Positions 24,840-38,291 of a DNA stretch of 64,000 bases are shown here, piece by piece (positions within the stretch are counted from its first letter, which is position 1; every line of letters begins with the position of its first letter). Source of the stretch: Balanoglossus misakiensis. Its lineage: Eukaryota > Animalia > Hemichordata. The DNA lies in NCBI GenBank assembly GCA_040954595.2, contig CM082578.2:18184728-18248727 (forward strand), read 5' to 3'. Under the pieces are notes generated by a model. The model was not told the DNA's origin. It worked only from the letters and a program-made list of their open reading frames with translations, and did not search any database. Made by a program: the position numbers and the translations under genes.

Positions 24840-24935
24840 CACCTGTTCCATGAGTGCAGAGCGTAACTGACCAATCACAAGTGCTGTGCCAGTGGCCGAT
24901 CCTCCTGTGCGGATAATTTACCAATCAGAATTGCC
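24840..24935 (-). promoter_or_regulatory. Candidate IPPK promoter and non-coding first exon
   Basis: Paired CCAATCA boxes at ~24871 and ~24922 in CpG-rich DNA. Minus-strand donor-like sites at ~24842 (ACAG|GTGTGC) and ~25226 (GCAG|GTAAAT). The ATG-bearing exon begins at an acceptor at 24614. Confidence 0.45.
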
Positions 24936-27547
24936 GGGATCTAACTGGTGGGGTCTAAATTAATTAGCCAAACAGTGACGATCGCTCGATTGCCACCTTG
25001 TACGTGTTAATAGTGCCACAGACAAATAGTGCTATCAAGTATCACACTATTCGTCTGCAATGCAATTCCCATTTTCAGCTGAAGCGCAGAAACTTTGACC
25101 AACGCTATTTGCTGTCTGTATTACACACGTGACATCCAGACACCTGCACGCAGAGACAGAGGGCCAATAACAGTGTCTTATTTCGGTGTTATGCTCACGA
25201 TGACAATCGATGTACGCACTATTTACCTGCCAAGCACGGCCCTCCAGCTCCATCTGCCTTATCATCACCAAGACGGGATCAGAATCAGATTACAGTAAAA
25301 TACACCAGCCGATCTCAACAATCGATCGCGTAGATGAAAGATTTTGGCCGCCCACAGACAGACAATTTCTGTCATCATTCAAAGAGACTAACAACGATTT
25401 CGATTATACTTAGTAGTTTATTTCAACTGATGGAAGCTATCTAGTTCGTACATTCATGACGATTCCCCCCCCCCCCCCCCAATATAAATAGTGAGGGACG
25501 TAGCTCACTGCTGTGCGTCCGGGCGCGGGCTGTACGAACGCGTCGTCATGGAAAACGCGTCACGAAATTGACAATAAAATTTCATACATCATTTCATCGT
25601 CATATTTCCGATTTCTCTGATGTCCATTCTGTATTTATTTATTTATCGTGTATTAGTCGATACTTCCTCTGACACACACGGTCGTTTTGCAACGCGAGTT
25701 CGGTACGTCATGGACGTAAAAAGAGAGCATTGGATTCAGACTGATTCCTAATACATGTCTACGTGCAGATTCACACTCTATCGATGTCGCATACGGACTG
25801 GTTCAAATCAATGGTGTTTCCCGTCTATTGTTTGATATTATAAAAAGATAATGACGCCTTGTCAATACAGACCCCGCCCTGAAACTCACTATCCAGTTAC
25901 AAAAGGCACTAGAAAAAAGTATCAACCTGTATTTTAGGGGCTTCGAAATTTAGACCTACACCTTTCCTTCGGTCATTTTCAAAATCAATAGAAGTGGCGA
26001 TGAGTAGGCCCCGTACATCGAAGGACGACCCCAAACAATATTTTGCAACAATATGGAAACAAATATCGACTGCAGTTCCCCATTAAAATTACAAATGTAA
26101 TTTATATTTCTGTAAACTTTCGCACTATACACCAGCATATGGAACCATGAGTGGACAGATAAACAAACAAGAAACCTGATTGTTGACACCTTCTGTATGG
26201 ACGGGTGTCCTCCCCAAGTTACAGAGGTTACATTTTATATAAATTGTAACTTTTGTTTTTAAGAACCATCATTTAATAGAAAGATGTCCTGATGAGAGAG
26301 TGATGATCGAAAAGTTAGGTTTTAATACAGGTGTAGGCTACGATTAGGCCCCGGAGAAGAACGAACAGCAAGACCGACTTCGTCGACCGAAAATATATAG
26401 GCTACGGGTCTAAGTCTAGGCCTACTTCACATGAATGCTCATCGACCATATGGTACGCGCGGTCGACCACGGAGGCTGTGTAGGTCAATTTTCAAACATA
26501 CGATAAGCTCTTTCCGGAAGGCTCTGTGACCTAAAATAATATGCCGAGTGCCCTGTAGTGAAATAAGATACTGTGATATGCCTCGGCTAAAAAATGACGA
26601 GGTGAAGAAGTTGTTTACGAAATCCGTATCGAGTCGCTGTGACAATGCCCATCTGAATACCCCACCCCATCCCCAAACAGGGGAAGCAGTAGCAATCAAC
26701 GTTCAACTCGGCTTCATGCGTGCCCACCATTACCATATGGAGTGAGCACTTACAGTACACGATTGATCTGCGGGGGGGGGGGGGGGGGGGGGTTTAGTTG
26801 GGTAGTCGATGCAAAATAAAAGTAACGATCACTGATCAGACGGCTTTCCCAACTATGGGCACACAGCATTTTCCAACCTCCACGGTTAATAAAGAACTCC
26901 CCAAACCCAAAGATGCAACGGCTTGACATTTACTGGCAACTCGGTAACATATGCAAGGCAGGACGAATTGGTCTTTGACTTTGTTTTGTAAGCATTTTGA
27001 AGTCCCATTTTGAAGTGGCATGAAAAGATCCCATAATGCAGCTCACTCCAAAGGTTGTTTACAAGCTAGTCAGAAAAGACGCCAGACTCCATTTTGTAAT
27101 GCTCCAAAACTTTTCAAGTTTTATTTATGGAAAGCTTTCGTTTCGTGCAAATCCTTACAACAAAATAGCTCGGAATGTAAATCCTCGTTACAAATCTGTT
27201 ACAAAATAAAGAATCCGGTCGAGAAAGTTGTTCGAGCTTTCTGCATTCTTTATGCGCCCACACAACTCACAAAGCTGTGCGTGGGCGCCATTGTAAAAAC
27301 ATTTCACGTAGTCAGTGTTGGATCTTCACAAAATTTACACAAAGCGTGATAAAATTCAACTTCCATGTACAAGCTAAATTACACAACGGTAGCTCGAAAA
27401 AGCCACCTGTAGTAAACTACAAAATCTCATACAAGATTTATATACTTATATCGACATTCTCGTAAACTTTACAATATTGCATCAAGATGAGACACTAAAC
27501 GTTTCATGACGGAAAGGTTCGTTTCAGTTCGGTTTGGGTTCAGTTCG

Positions 27548-28006
27548 TTACGACATTGCCATCGTTGTGGCGTACATCGGAAAACAATCGGCAGTGTTGT
27601 TGCTCGAATACGCCAGAACCTCCTCTTTACACGTCTTCGCAGTTGGCAACGGTACAGTCTCGAAGAGCACGCATATCGAACCTTCTTCGCCGATGCGATA
27701 GGATACTTCGGCGGGGTCGATCCAAATAGTAAGTTCTTTCGGCATGATGATGTGGAGAGTCCGCGAACCCAGGCCGGCCGCTTCCCCTGCCTTAGTAATA
27801 AGCGGATCTATTCTGTTGCCGCACGTTCTCAGACAACGGTAGCCGCTCCCTTTATTGGGTTTATCTGGAAACCAGTGGTGTCGGTAGTGTACTCTTAGTA
27901 GCTCCTGAAGCTTTCTGCCGAAGGCATCGAGGTTTTGATCGTTCACGTTTTGTGTCCGCAGAAGGTTTTTCAAAAAGTTCACAGCACTTCGTATTTCCTT
28001 TTTCAT
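27548..28006 (-). CDS. BTG1: BTG/Tob family antiproliferative protein, BTG1/BTG2-like, 152 aa, CDS in one exon
   Basis: Box A HYRHHWFPDKPNKGSGYRC, box B MPKELTIWIDPAEVSYRIGE, and the BTG1/2-type box C EGSICVLFE. No long Tob-type C-terminal extension. Probably a BTG1/2 pro-ortholog. Confidence 0.93.
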   Translation of the reverse strand: MKKEIRSAVNFLKNLLRTQNVNDQNLDAFGRKLQELLRVHYRHHWFPDKPNKGSGYRCLRTCGNRIDPLITKAGEAAGLGSRTLHIIMPKELTIWIDPAEVSYRIGEEGSICVLFETVPLPTAKTCKEEVLAYSSNNTADCFPMYATTMAMS

Positions 28007-28394
28007 TTTTGTTGTTGATAGTACTCAAGCTGGACGTTGAAAATGTTCGTAAAGTTCCGTAGATCACATGGGGTGTAGAGGCTGTATGAAGTCACCTCCC
28101 AAAATAGTTGGGAAATCCCGAGCAGGCTAGGTCCTTTCAGGCAGAATAATGGAGTCCGTCAGTAGCGTCTGTTTCTCTTGGCTTGCGTTTCAATTCCTCC
28201 GATTTTCTTCGGGATATCAGTGAATCTTGCCTTAAAATCGACAAGGGAACTTCGTAATGTAGCACTCCTTTCCCTGATGTATGTTTAGATTAGCACCATA
28301 AACCCTAAACGGGCTTGAAAGTCAGGAATATGTGACTGTTTATCCCGCACGTTCACAGCACTTCTCGCTCCGCTTTAGCTTGCCTGCAAGTGAA

Positions 28395-28505
28395 CGGACT
28401 CTATATGCGTTTGGTGAGTAAACACCCATGACGTCAGAAGCGTATTGATTTCAGCCAATCGAACTTGCTGGAATGCGTGACGTTACTGGGCGAGCCAATC
28501 AGATT
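28395..28505 (-). promoter_or_regulatory. Likely BTG promoter: TATA-like element, palindromic CRE, variant CRE, two CCAAT boxes
   Basis: CATATAG on the minus strand at ~28402-28408, TGACGTCA at 28429-28436, TGACGTTA at ~28478, and CCAAT at 28455 and 28495 (40 bp apart). Confidence 0.6.
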
Positions 28506-31500
28506 CATCATCTAATTGAGGTTATGCGCATATACTATTCAAGTTTTGCACAATAACAAATCTCCACAAAGACAGCGAATAACACAAAGACGTAGGGGGG
28601 CTACAGTTCACAGAAAAGCTCATCTCCTGAAAAGTTGTAGCTGGCAGAGCTTGTTTCTCTGTAAATTTGGCAAAGTTAGTTGATTGTCGCAGTGCATGCA
28701 CGGGTTTGGAAGAGCAGATTTTTACTGCCATTAAATGGTTTGGATTCGCAATTAAACTTTGTTGTGCCAGCTATACTAGTGAGCCAGCACTGGATTTGGT
28801 TACCACTTCCATTTTAGGAAACAGTTGTGCATTACAAAAGTAGGGGTGGATGGATTATGTTCGCCAATACATCAATCTATGCATCTCAAAGTCTATCTGG
28901 TATGCCCCCTGAAATCTTACTTCTCTATGCTAGACTAATTAGAAATGTAAATATCTCAATACTGAATTTTGTTTACGTTCAAAACACGGCAAACTCAATT
29001 ACTAAAGAAATATTTCCCCTGTGACATGTTCAAAACAATAACCCCAACTTAAAATGGTATCGCCCGATATAGGCGCGCGTTGCAATCAACAGCGCGTCAC
29101 GCTGCATCCAGTGTAGTGTTTTGTTATGACAGGGTAGCACAAGGTCACGCGTGAACGAGCCATCACGTTGTCCCATTGTTGATTCTCCAGAATCGTTTTC
29201 TCTATTATGATGCTAATTACTCGCTACACACATTTTTCTGGGATTTTTCAACACTTTGTTTACATTGAGCTACCTCCTCCATATGCATGGAGGGAGCTAC
29301 AAGTTTATGGAGCTACCCATCCATGGAACTACCAGTACCACCAAAGGTTCATCCAAACATAGAAGAACCCAGAAAGCAAGACTGACACAATATGCAAGGG
29401 TTGTTTGGGGCATGAAATTGGAGGTAGTTGTTCGGGCGAAAGTGAGCCTGGGCGCGCATAAACGTGTCTGCAAAACCTCATTGAGGCGCAGCATAGTACC
29501 ATAGCTGCCTTTTCTTGTTTCTCTTTGGCAGAGACGAGAAAGTGGTTTAGGTGACTACTTCAGTCACTTCTGACTACAGCTATCTTCCCTCCCTAACAAA
29601 ACACACACATTGTGATGATGGCTATTAAGATTTTTTCATAAAATTCTTCCCCCACTTCTGAATATGGTCCCATCCCTAACCCTTGAACTGAATATGTATG
29701 TACCACAGTCTGAAGCACTTCCCCCGTTGTAAGAACACTCGTGAATGTGCCGCTAACCGACAACAAAACCCCCACTTCACAGGAAACGCGACCATAGTGG
29801 CATTCCCATAACTTTGAATAGAGCGACAATCGAACAATTAAATCGCGGGAGGTAACAAAGTACGAACAAAAAGTGAACCCATTGTTGCTGTCTCGTCATG
29901 GCTTGGCGTCTACGCAGACAACAGATGCAACGTGACGTGTTTATGTTGTGTATATACTGTAATTGTCCTGGCAAAAAAACAATGTGGTGTGGAGTCAATA
30001 TTTCAGTACCCCTGAGGCAGAGTTTGAGGGTAGAACCAAATTTAGAGTTGACCATGGTCACTCCATATCATGAGTAGGCCTACTACATGTACTATGGTAA
30101 TATTGTACACACGGTTTCTTCACAACTACACTGTTCACCCAAAAAGTGTACCAAAACAGTCATTACATCGAAATGTATTGTACAATTTTTGTCTTTTTTC
30201 ATACATAAATTATTTTATTTCTTAAACTTTCCTTCATTATTAGCTTCCCCCGACCGTGTAGATTCTTTTTTTTTATGCAGAGACCATGTCATGATTACCA
30301 GACGCTAGTATAATGCCGTTGTGTATTTATGTGTGTGTATATATATTCGCTTCATGTGATACTGTTCTGAAACATTTGGATTTTAGTTATTACAACATCA
30401 AGCTACAGTTGCGTGTTGTTTTTAATCAATTAAGGGAGCTGTGTGTGCAATACGTAACCGGTGTGCACGCCAAATGAAAAAAATACCGTAAACCACTAAA
30501 AACTAAATACGTGTCTGAGCGTGACCCACAAACCAAAACATTGTTTTCACGAACTCCACCAGTATAGTATTACTACGTCCATAAGCCAGCCAATGTCCAC
30601 TGTAATGTAAATACCATACACGTAGTGACGTATATGGCCACGACCTCTGATATGCGTCATCGGCTTCAGTACGTACATGAGTAGTACTAGTAAATACAGA
30701 GAGTGGTAGAAGTGGAGTATTGTGGCCTGTCCCGCAAACAAGCTTAGGGGTGTCAGCTGGCTTATTTATGTGGGGACAAATTAACCAGAAAAACTGGTGT
30801 TAACTTGAAGGGGAAAATGCTTGTCGGGAGAAAACGCCCACCAGTATGTCTGTCCATCTGTACAGTAGCCGAAACTGTAACCCAGGGCTGACAGAAATTG
30901 ACCGGCCATGGCCCGACGGGATTCGGGGAATTGACTTTTGACCAAATAGACCCGCCTCCGGAGAGACGCAATTCATCGATATACTAGTAAAAGTGTGACG
31001 CCGCGCCCGTCGAAGAATCAATAACAAACCGCATCCAATCATTAGTTGTCGAAAATTCAATATCTGGGATCCATGCTGCTCCGAAGACATTAGGTAGCCA
31101 AGGAAATGAGATTTCAGTTGCTGTGTATTTATTGGAAACCGAATTAGCGACAGGATGTTGATAAATCACGAAAGTGGTAACAGCCTGACGTGCCTGGCAC
31201 ATCTTGATGTCCTGTAAAGGGTCACAAATTAGGTCATCAATTTTTAATAGGTGTAATAACACGATCTAAACTATTTTTAGGATAGCTGGATATGCTTGAC
31301 ATGATGTGAAAAACAATTCTGAAATTACCCACAAGTTTTTTTTAAACCTTCCGCGAATTCCACCAATATAAGACAAATGAACGAAAACCGATTTATCGTG
31401 GGACCACCAATAATGACAAAATTCAACAGGCTCGGCACGGTCAAGATCATGACACCGTGGGTCAAGATTAAGACCCGGATGATGGGAGAACCGTGATTAA

Positions 31501-34500
31501 AAGACATGAACCTGACTCTGAGTCATTACAATGACACATTTATAGACAGCCCACGTTAGTGATATGAGAGACAGTCGGCGAATAACCTTGTACTGATCTT
31601 GAACTTCGTAATGCTATAATGAAACGGTCGTTCACCTCCATCACAATTCATGACATCAAAGTTCATGTCCAGGACGACGACCCTTTAATATAACGAATGA
31701 TAGCCTGGTATCCATACCCAGTGTGTTTTTGAACTGTTCTAGTGACTTTCAGTTATTGCACAGAGTCTCAATATAGTGTAGTTTAAGCTTATACGTCGAT
31801 AATATCACGGTTAGTCCTATAATCAATACATTTGAGATATGGTTAGAGAATAACACAAAGAGAATTTTGTCTCTAACATAATCTATCCTCCCAAGAAAAG
31901 GCAGGATACTTTAGAGACAGAAATCATTGTCAGGATTGATTCATTAAAATGTAGTTGTATATATTTTTATAAACTGGCTAATATCTCGGTCCATTACGTC
32001 ACTAATCCCACTAATCCATAACCGAGATAATCTGAAAGTTATGATCAAACTCATACTGCAAGAACGACCCTTAAGCATATGACATCACATTCCACTGAAT
32101 GGCAGATGTTCTATAGGAGAACTGGAACACGACACAGTTATCTACAAATATCTTAACCTGTAAGGTCACCTTCAGAATTTGTTTACAACGTTTTGCAAAT
32201 GTCAAAAGTGGCATTCTTTAAGGTTCTATCTATAAAATGCGCATATGCAATACATATCGGATATATTTGGAAGCCTTGTGTACATGTAATTTCGCATACT
32301 CACCTATTTGTGCTGGTTCGAGGTTTATAATCAATCAGACTAATTCACATTCACATAATTTGGGAGAAAGTAAAACAAAGGCACATTTACGGTTATGTGA
32401 TGTAAAAAAAATGTGTTTTTTCAAATTTTACTTATGTTGCCATCTATATCGATGTGTCCTGGACAGAACACGGTCGGGATTCCCAGCACGTTTCGACACA
32501 CGAGACATGGGAGATCATGTCGGGTTGTCTACGTCACAGCTACACCACGGTTGGGTGATCATTGTCTGGATGCTTGCCAGCTACATACAATTTGTCCGTG
32601 CCTAGGCCAGTTGTAAATTGTAACATGATGACGTTTGAGCATACTCGCCACAGGGTCATTCCCGTTACGCACACACCGACACTGGACGTATTCCCATCAT
32701 GAATCGCCTGATCTATGTGATTGGCAGGCTCGGAGAAAGGACGGCCCTGAGATCTCGTTGGGTCATTGGCCGAGGCATTAAAAGGTAGAGGTAGTATATT
32801 CACGCGTAGTGAAAACGTGGGCATAATAAATGTACTTGGTGTTCGAAAGATGAGAAATCCACATTTTAAAATCGATTTGGAGAACCTATTTTTCGCAAAG
32901 AATTAGAAGAAAAGAAAAAGACGACGACGATGATGAGGAGGATCACGATGACGAAAACCTTAAAACTAATATAGATAACAAATAAACTTTAAGGATGCAA
33001 ACAATGATACATGCGCACAAAAACCCGTTAACATAGTTAACGTAAATTTTATCTCGGAAACTTTCTGTGTATACGCTATATACGCACGGTTTTTTAAATG
33101 CGTCTTTCAATTCACGAGCGCAGCTTGCTGACAGATCTCTGATTCTGATTCCTTTTCTTGCCGCTGGGTGCGCTGGTCATTTTCATTGCAATAACACACA
33201 TTGCATATGTAGAGCCCTGCGTTTGGGTCTGTATGCTCCCGGCGTTACACGGCCGTGTAACGCCTCGAACACACAGACATGTACGTAGGGCTAGCACATG
33301 TACACCATAGGACACTTTCCTTGTTTGAATGCAACCGCTCAAGCCCATGTCCACATATGGGCCATGGCCTACCCTCAAATACAGAACCCAGGCTGTACAG
33401 AACAAAGCGGAAATGTCACCAAAGCAAGCCTATGCAGCATATATTTTGCACATGCTTATATTTGCTAGATGTTTGTGAAATAACCTCAGTAATTTAATTC
33501 AAATTCACTGCAGTCAAACGGACAAAGCCACAGTCTCGATTGAAAAGTTCCGAAGTTCCGAAGTTTTTGCTACAAAGGATTTAATAACCGTGTATAAAGG
33601 TATATTCCCCAAACCAGGGCCCTTATTACGTGTATGAGTATCACAATAATATACTCAAAACGACGTGATTGTGAAGATAACAAAGATCTTTATTAATCAA
33701 ATCGGTTATCACAAAGATCATGAGACTTGAAACGGCACTTCCTAAATACTGTTCAGGAAAGTTAAGGGTATTGTACATATTATGCTCTTTAACATCAGTC
33801 CATCCTGTGTTTTTCCCTCTGTCCATTGAGTTTGTTAAAACGAAAACTCCAACCAGGATGGATGAATGAGACCCTGAAATCGGTAAATGTCTATCCCACG
33901 AAAAGGGGAAACTGGTGTTAACCATATATACAAACATACAAATGAACGTTATCCTTTTACAAAAAATAATATTCGGTAAATAATAGTGTGTTCACTGTTC
34001 TGGCGGGAAATCTACAGAACGTGTTGCATGTGTTGCCCCACACCCCAAGCACTTCCATTATATCTATCTCTTTCATACCGGGCAGTGTTTTCATACTACA
34101 CCTATTAGCAAAATATACAGGAATCTGGCGCGCGGGTTATCAACTTAATGACAGCGCCCCTTACGTTCGAACTGCGCGCTCGGTAAATTCACTGTATAAT
34201 TCATTAATTGGTATCATTATTGCTACTCACTTCGCAAATTATTTTTTATTTACATTAATTATTAACGTCATATTGAAATTTATGAGCATAATTTACTATG
34301 TCGGGGGTTGATAATTATAGCTTGGGCGATGTCCCATAGCTGCGTTCACAGGTGTTGTTCGTGTCGATCAAAACACTGCCTTTCATCGGGTTTGAGGTTC
34401 ATGATCACGGACTTCAGTAATCAGATCTGTCCTACGCCCATTGTGATTTGTAGATATTAAATCGACTCCTGAGCTCACACAATATCCGCCAATTCCTGGA

Positions 34501-36177
34501 AGGTGCCAGGTCTAAGGACCGATCCAGTCCTGAATTGGGCACGGTCAATTAATACTGAAATTATTTATTCGAAGCCTGATCTGTGAGGACAAGATAAATG
34601 TCTTCTTCACTTGAATATATACATTGGGCATGTACGTTCATGGCCGGTGGTGGAACTCCCAGGCAATAAAGGTATCCATGCTCGTCCTATAAAATTTCGA
34701 GATAACCCGTTTCTGGAATTGTTCAACAGAAATGACACCATTTTGAGAAGAAAGATTAAACCACGTCTAACCACGCACTCATCTTGCATCTGCTGCAAAC
34801 TTTAATGCGTCCATTAATCTGACTTTACACTATTTATAGTCCTGGACTGAAAAGTCAGAAACGGGCCATTCTGACTCAGAAACATTATCACGACCGCGAC
34901 CGAAGCCTATGTATATATAGTATATGATATGATATACCGCAGATTTGTGATGTCCAGCGGCATAATTTGATCGTCACAATATTACTATTATATTATTAGG
35001 TCTGCTACTTTTATGCATTGTGGAAGACAACCGATGAATCCCTCTGTTTTATTTCGAAATACTGATAAAATCCTTAAAATTTCATGTACAATTGAATAGG
35101 CAAATGTTTGATATTTTGATAACGACGGCAGTCCATATACTACACAAGGCGTGTTATAACTTAGAATCGGTTTTTAAAGCTGTCTCATTGCACATAGCGT
35201 TGATTATTCTTTTTCTATTATTTGTATGTACAGCTTCAATCAGAGTGCGTGTTTGAGCACCGTTATTTAGGTCACCTACAAATTCCATCGACTGAGTGTC
35301 GGTAAAATCTAAATATTAGCGATTATTCACAAATCATGAAGGCTCATTATATCATAAAAAGCACTGGGAGAGGGTTCTTCAAGAATTGAGAGACCTTCAA
35401 GAGAAATACCAAAGTACAAATATAAACGTTCGTTTTGGTTTTTACGCTGGTGTATTTTGTTCTGTGTGTTTTGGGAGATTCTGTGCAGAACACATGGCAC
35501 ATCGATCTGCCACATTTTTTTTGCTTGTCGACAATCTAGCAATTTAATCTGTCGCCCGTGGAAGTCGTGCGCGGGCAAAGACATTACTGGAAGAAAAAAA
35601 CAGTATTAAACTGGATTATTTTTTATATAATGTAATAAATACGCACAGAAAGTATTATACAGGTAGAATAAAATGACGTCACGACATGAAAACGTAACTG
35701 GAATGAATGAATGAAAGAATGTTCAAGAGAAAATCGAATTAGACAGTACTATAGCAAAGCAGCATATATGTCCTGGCGTAAATGAACGGAATTGGTTTTT
35801 GTTAGGGAAAAGACAAATACTGGCGGCGACATATTTTTTGCGTATCATTTCGCCTTTCTTTCTCTTGTGAATTCGGGTTGCATAGAAACCGTGAGGGACT
35901 GTAACTTGGGTTTCTAATTCAAAATTTGCCAGATTGCACGGTGGTACACTGGACATCGGTGTCGATTTTGAGTCCTACCCCCCCCCCCCTTCCCCGTGAT
36001 CTCGTTGACACATCGGGTATAATAAATCAGTAAGATTTGTTGTTGTGACACACCGAAAACATATGAAATGAACGATTTACTGGATGAAAATAGCTTCCAG
36101 GCTGTGACACACGCGGATATATGTACAAGTAGTGCGAAACAGTGGGTACGACAGCTGATTACAAAAAAACGCGGTCT

Positions 36178-37482
36178 TCAATCATTGTCATCCGCATCGT
36201 CATAACAGGTGTCGCAGGTATCATCCGGGGTATCATCCGCGGTGTCTGTAAAATGTCGCGGCAGTGTGCCTAGTTGGAAGCATTCCTGTTTGTGTCCAGC
36301 GTCCCAGTGCAACTTCTGGCAGCTCTCGCAGCAGTATCTACAAATTTTGCATAAGGAGCACACTTTGAATCGTTCCCTGAAGTCTCTCTGACAGCGTCCG
36401 CACTCCGAGTACGAGCACCACGTCGCCATTTTGAACTCAGCGCACTTTAGAGTCAGTCGCTTCTCTCGCGGCAACTTTGCCACCAGGCTGCAGTGGACCG
36501 TTTCCGGTTGCCCCAGCAACTGGGCAATCCTGGCGATCATCAGTCCGATGGGTGCCATCGGGCGCAGAGTCCGCTGCGTGTTCTCGCGCAAAATGAAATC
36601 CCAAAATTTCATGAGGGCACGTATCACATAAGATTCGCGGAGAGTCACCATGGCAGCCAAGGGCCCGTATTCGGCGATGAATAAAAGCGACTTGACACAG
36701 GCTTCTCCCGTGGTTCTGTCCCTACTGCGCCTCAGAACGTCCACGATCGTTTCGATCAAACCGATATGACACATAATATGCACATCGTCGGGTCGTCCCG
36801 CCACAAGTAAGCAGTTCTGTAAAATTGATATCGTCGGTTGTTCGAATACTACCACCTGCCTCACCCTTTCTTCGTCGTTTTCCAAACGATGGAGCAACCT
36901 CTGTCCTCGTTGTAAAAGCTCGTTGAAAATTGGGAAGAGGTCTTCTTTAAGCCCGGCTATTCTCCTCAACGAGGTCGCGTAAGGTCCCATGGCCCACAAA
37001 AGTCTGATAACAGTTAGCACTTCAACTTCGGCGTCGCTTCTCACGACGTCGTCCGCGAACACGTCATCCCATCTGTCCATTAGTCGGGATAAGCAGTATT
37101 CCAAACCGCCTTCGGCTAGACGCTGAACGACCTGGCAATAGAGGTCTGACGAGGCTAACGTATCCAAAAAGTCAAGGATGACCGGCACGGTTTTCTGCTC
37201 TTCGGCGCCACCCACCAAGCGCTCGAAGATCGCCCTTACGTGCTCTCCAGGATCCGGAGAATAGAAGTCATAGTCCGAGAGCAGTGGGTCCCCACAACTA
37301 TTTGGGTCATACGAACTCGTTGAAGCCATTGGTAATGCATCCTCTTTCCCGTCCAGTAATACATCGGTTGTGTTATCCTGATTGGTGTCGTCTGCTTCTA
37401 CCACTCGGCTAAATTCCCGCGCATACGGCAACTTCGGCAGGTTGCCCCGGGTCGGACTGCTCCGCGACGGTATGGACAGCAT
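36178..37482 (-). CDS. MYND-type zinc finger protein with a helical (ARM/HEAT-like) central region, 434 aa
   Basis: Uninterrupted 434-codon ORF. The C-terminal CSYSEC...CSLC...YCCESCQKLHWDAGHKQEC fits the zf-MYND consensus. The middle consists of Leu-rich amphipathic helices and the tail is acidic. An acceptor CAG at 37487-37485 sits just before the ATG. Confidence 0.88.
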   Translation of the reverse strand: MLSIPSRSSPTRGNLPKLPYAREFSRVVEADDTNQDNTTDVLLDGKEDALPMASTSSYDPNSCGDPLLSDYDFYSPDPGEHVRAIFERLVGGAEEQKTVPVILDFLDTLASSDLYCQVVQRLAEGGLEYCLSRLMDRWDDVFADDVVRSDAEVEVLTVIRLLWAMGPYATSLRRIAGLKEDLFPIFNELLQRGQRLLHRLENDEERVRQVVVFEQPTISILQNCLLVAGRPDDVHIMCHIGLIETIVDVLRRSRDRTTGEACVKSLLFIAEYGPLAAMVTLRESYVIRALMKFWDFILRENTQRTLRPMAPIGLMIARIAQLLGQPETVHCSLVAKLPREKRLTLKCAEFKMATWCSYSECGRCQRDFRERFKVCSLCKICRYCCESCQKLHWDAGHKQECFQLGTLPRHFTDTADDTPDDTCDTCYDDADDND

Positions 37483-37920
37483 ACCTGCGCCCAGAAAGGA
37501 GACAAATTAAATATATATCCAGTTAGTAAACGGCACAGAACCGACAGAGTGTAAATTTTCGACAGACAGCGAACAAACTGGCGTATTAACCGAACCAAAG
37601 CGCTGCGTGTCTGTTAAATGGTGTATTCTCCATCATAAATTGAACAGGCTATACAATTGTCGTGGTAGTCGTATTTCAATAGTCAGATCTCTATACTGTC
37701 AAATGCCGTTACCACGTGACTGAACTGAAAGGGAATAGAAAAGCTGTTCGAAATCGTATATATTTAGGCAGTCGCGGCCAAAATGCTGGCGAACAGGCGT
37801 AGTGGCCAACCTGCGGGCACCAGCGCAATGTATCCCACTTGTCCGATATGCTGAGTGACGTTACATGGCCTGGTTGCGCCGTGCACAGAAGCGCCAAACA
37901 TGGCTTCTTCATGACGTTAC

Positions 37921-38050
37921 CTGTTCCAGTCGCATGAAAACGGTTATGATTAATATGTAAATTCATAGCATTGTGTGTGATGACCATACCGGGAATACCG
38001 CCAAATGGAATTTGATCAATTAGAAACACGTTCTGAACTTTTTTTCTCAT
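37921..38050 (-). CDS. Probable upstream exon of the MYND gene (possible 44-aa N-terminal extension, or 5'UTR)
   Basis: Donor ACAG|GTAACG after 37921. The 130 nt from the ATG at 38050 splice in frame (G|GT ATG) to 37484. CCAAT at ~38097. Confidence 0.45.
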
Positions 38051-38152
38051 TACTTTAGGCGCTTAATTAAGTTATGAATGATATGCTAGGGAACGACCAA
38101 TCGCCACCGTGTTCTGGACAATGACGCGTATTTGATCAGAAAAACAGCAATG

Positions 38153-38291
<139 letters not shown>

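Noticed and set aside
28376-28395. Possible p53 response element in the BTG promoter
   Set aside because: The half-sites overlap and mismatch the RRRCWWGYYY x2 consensus.
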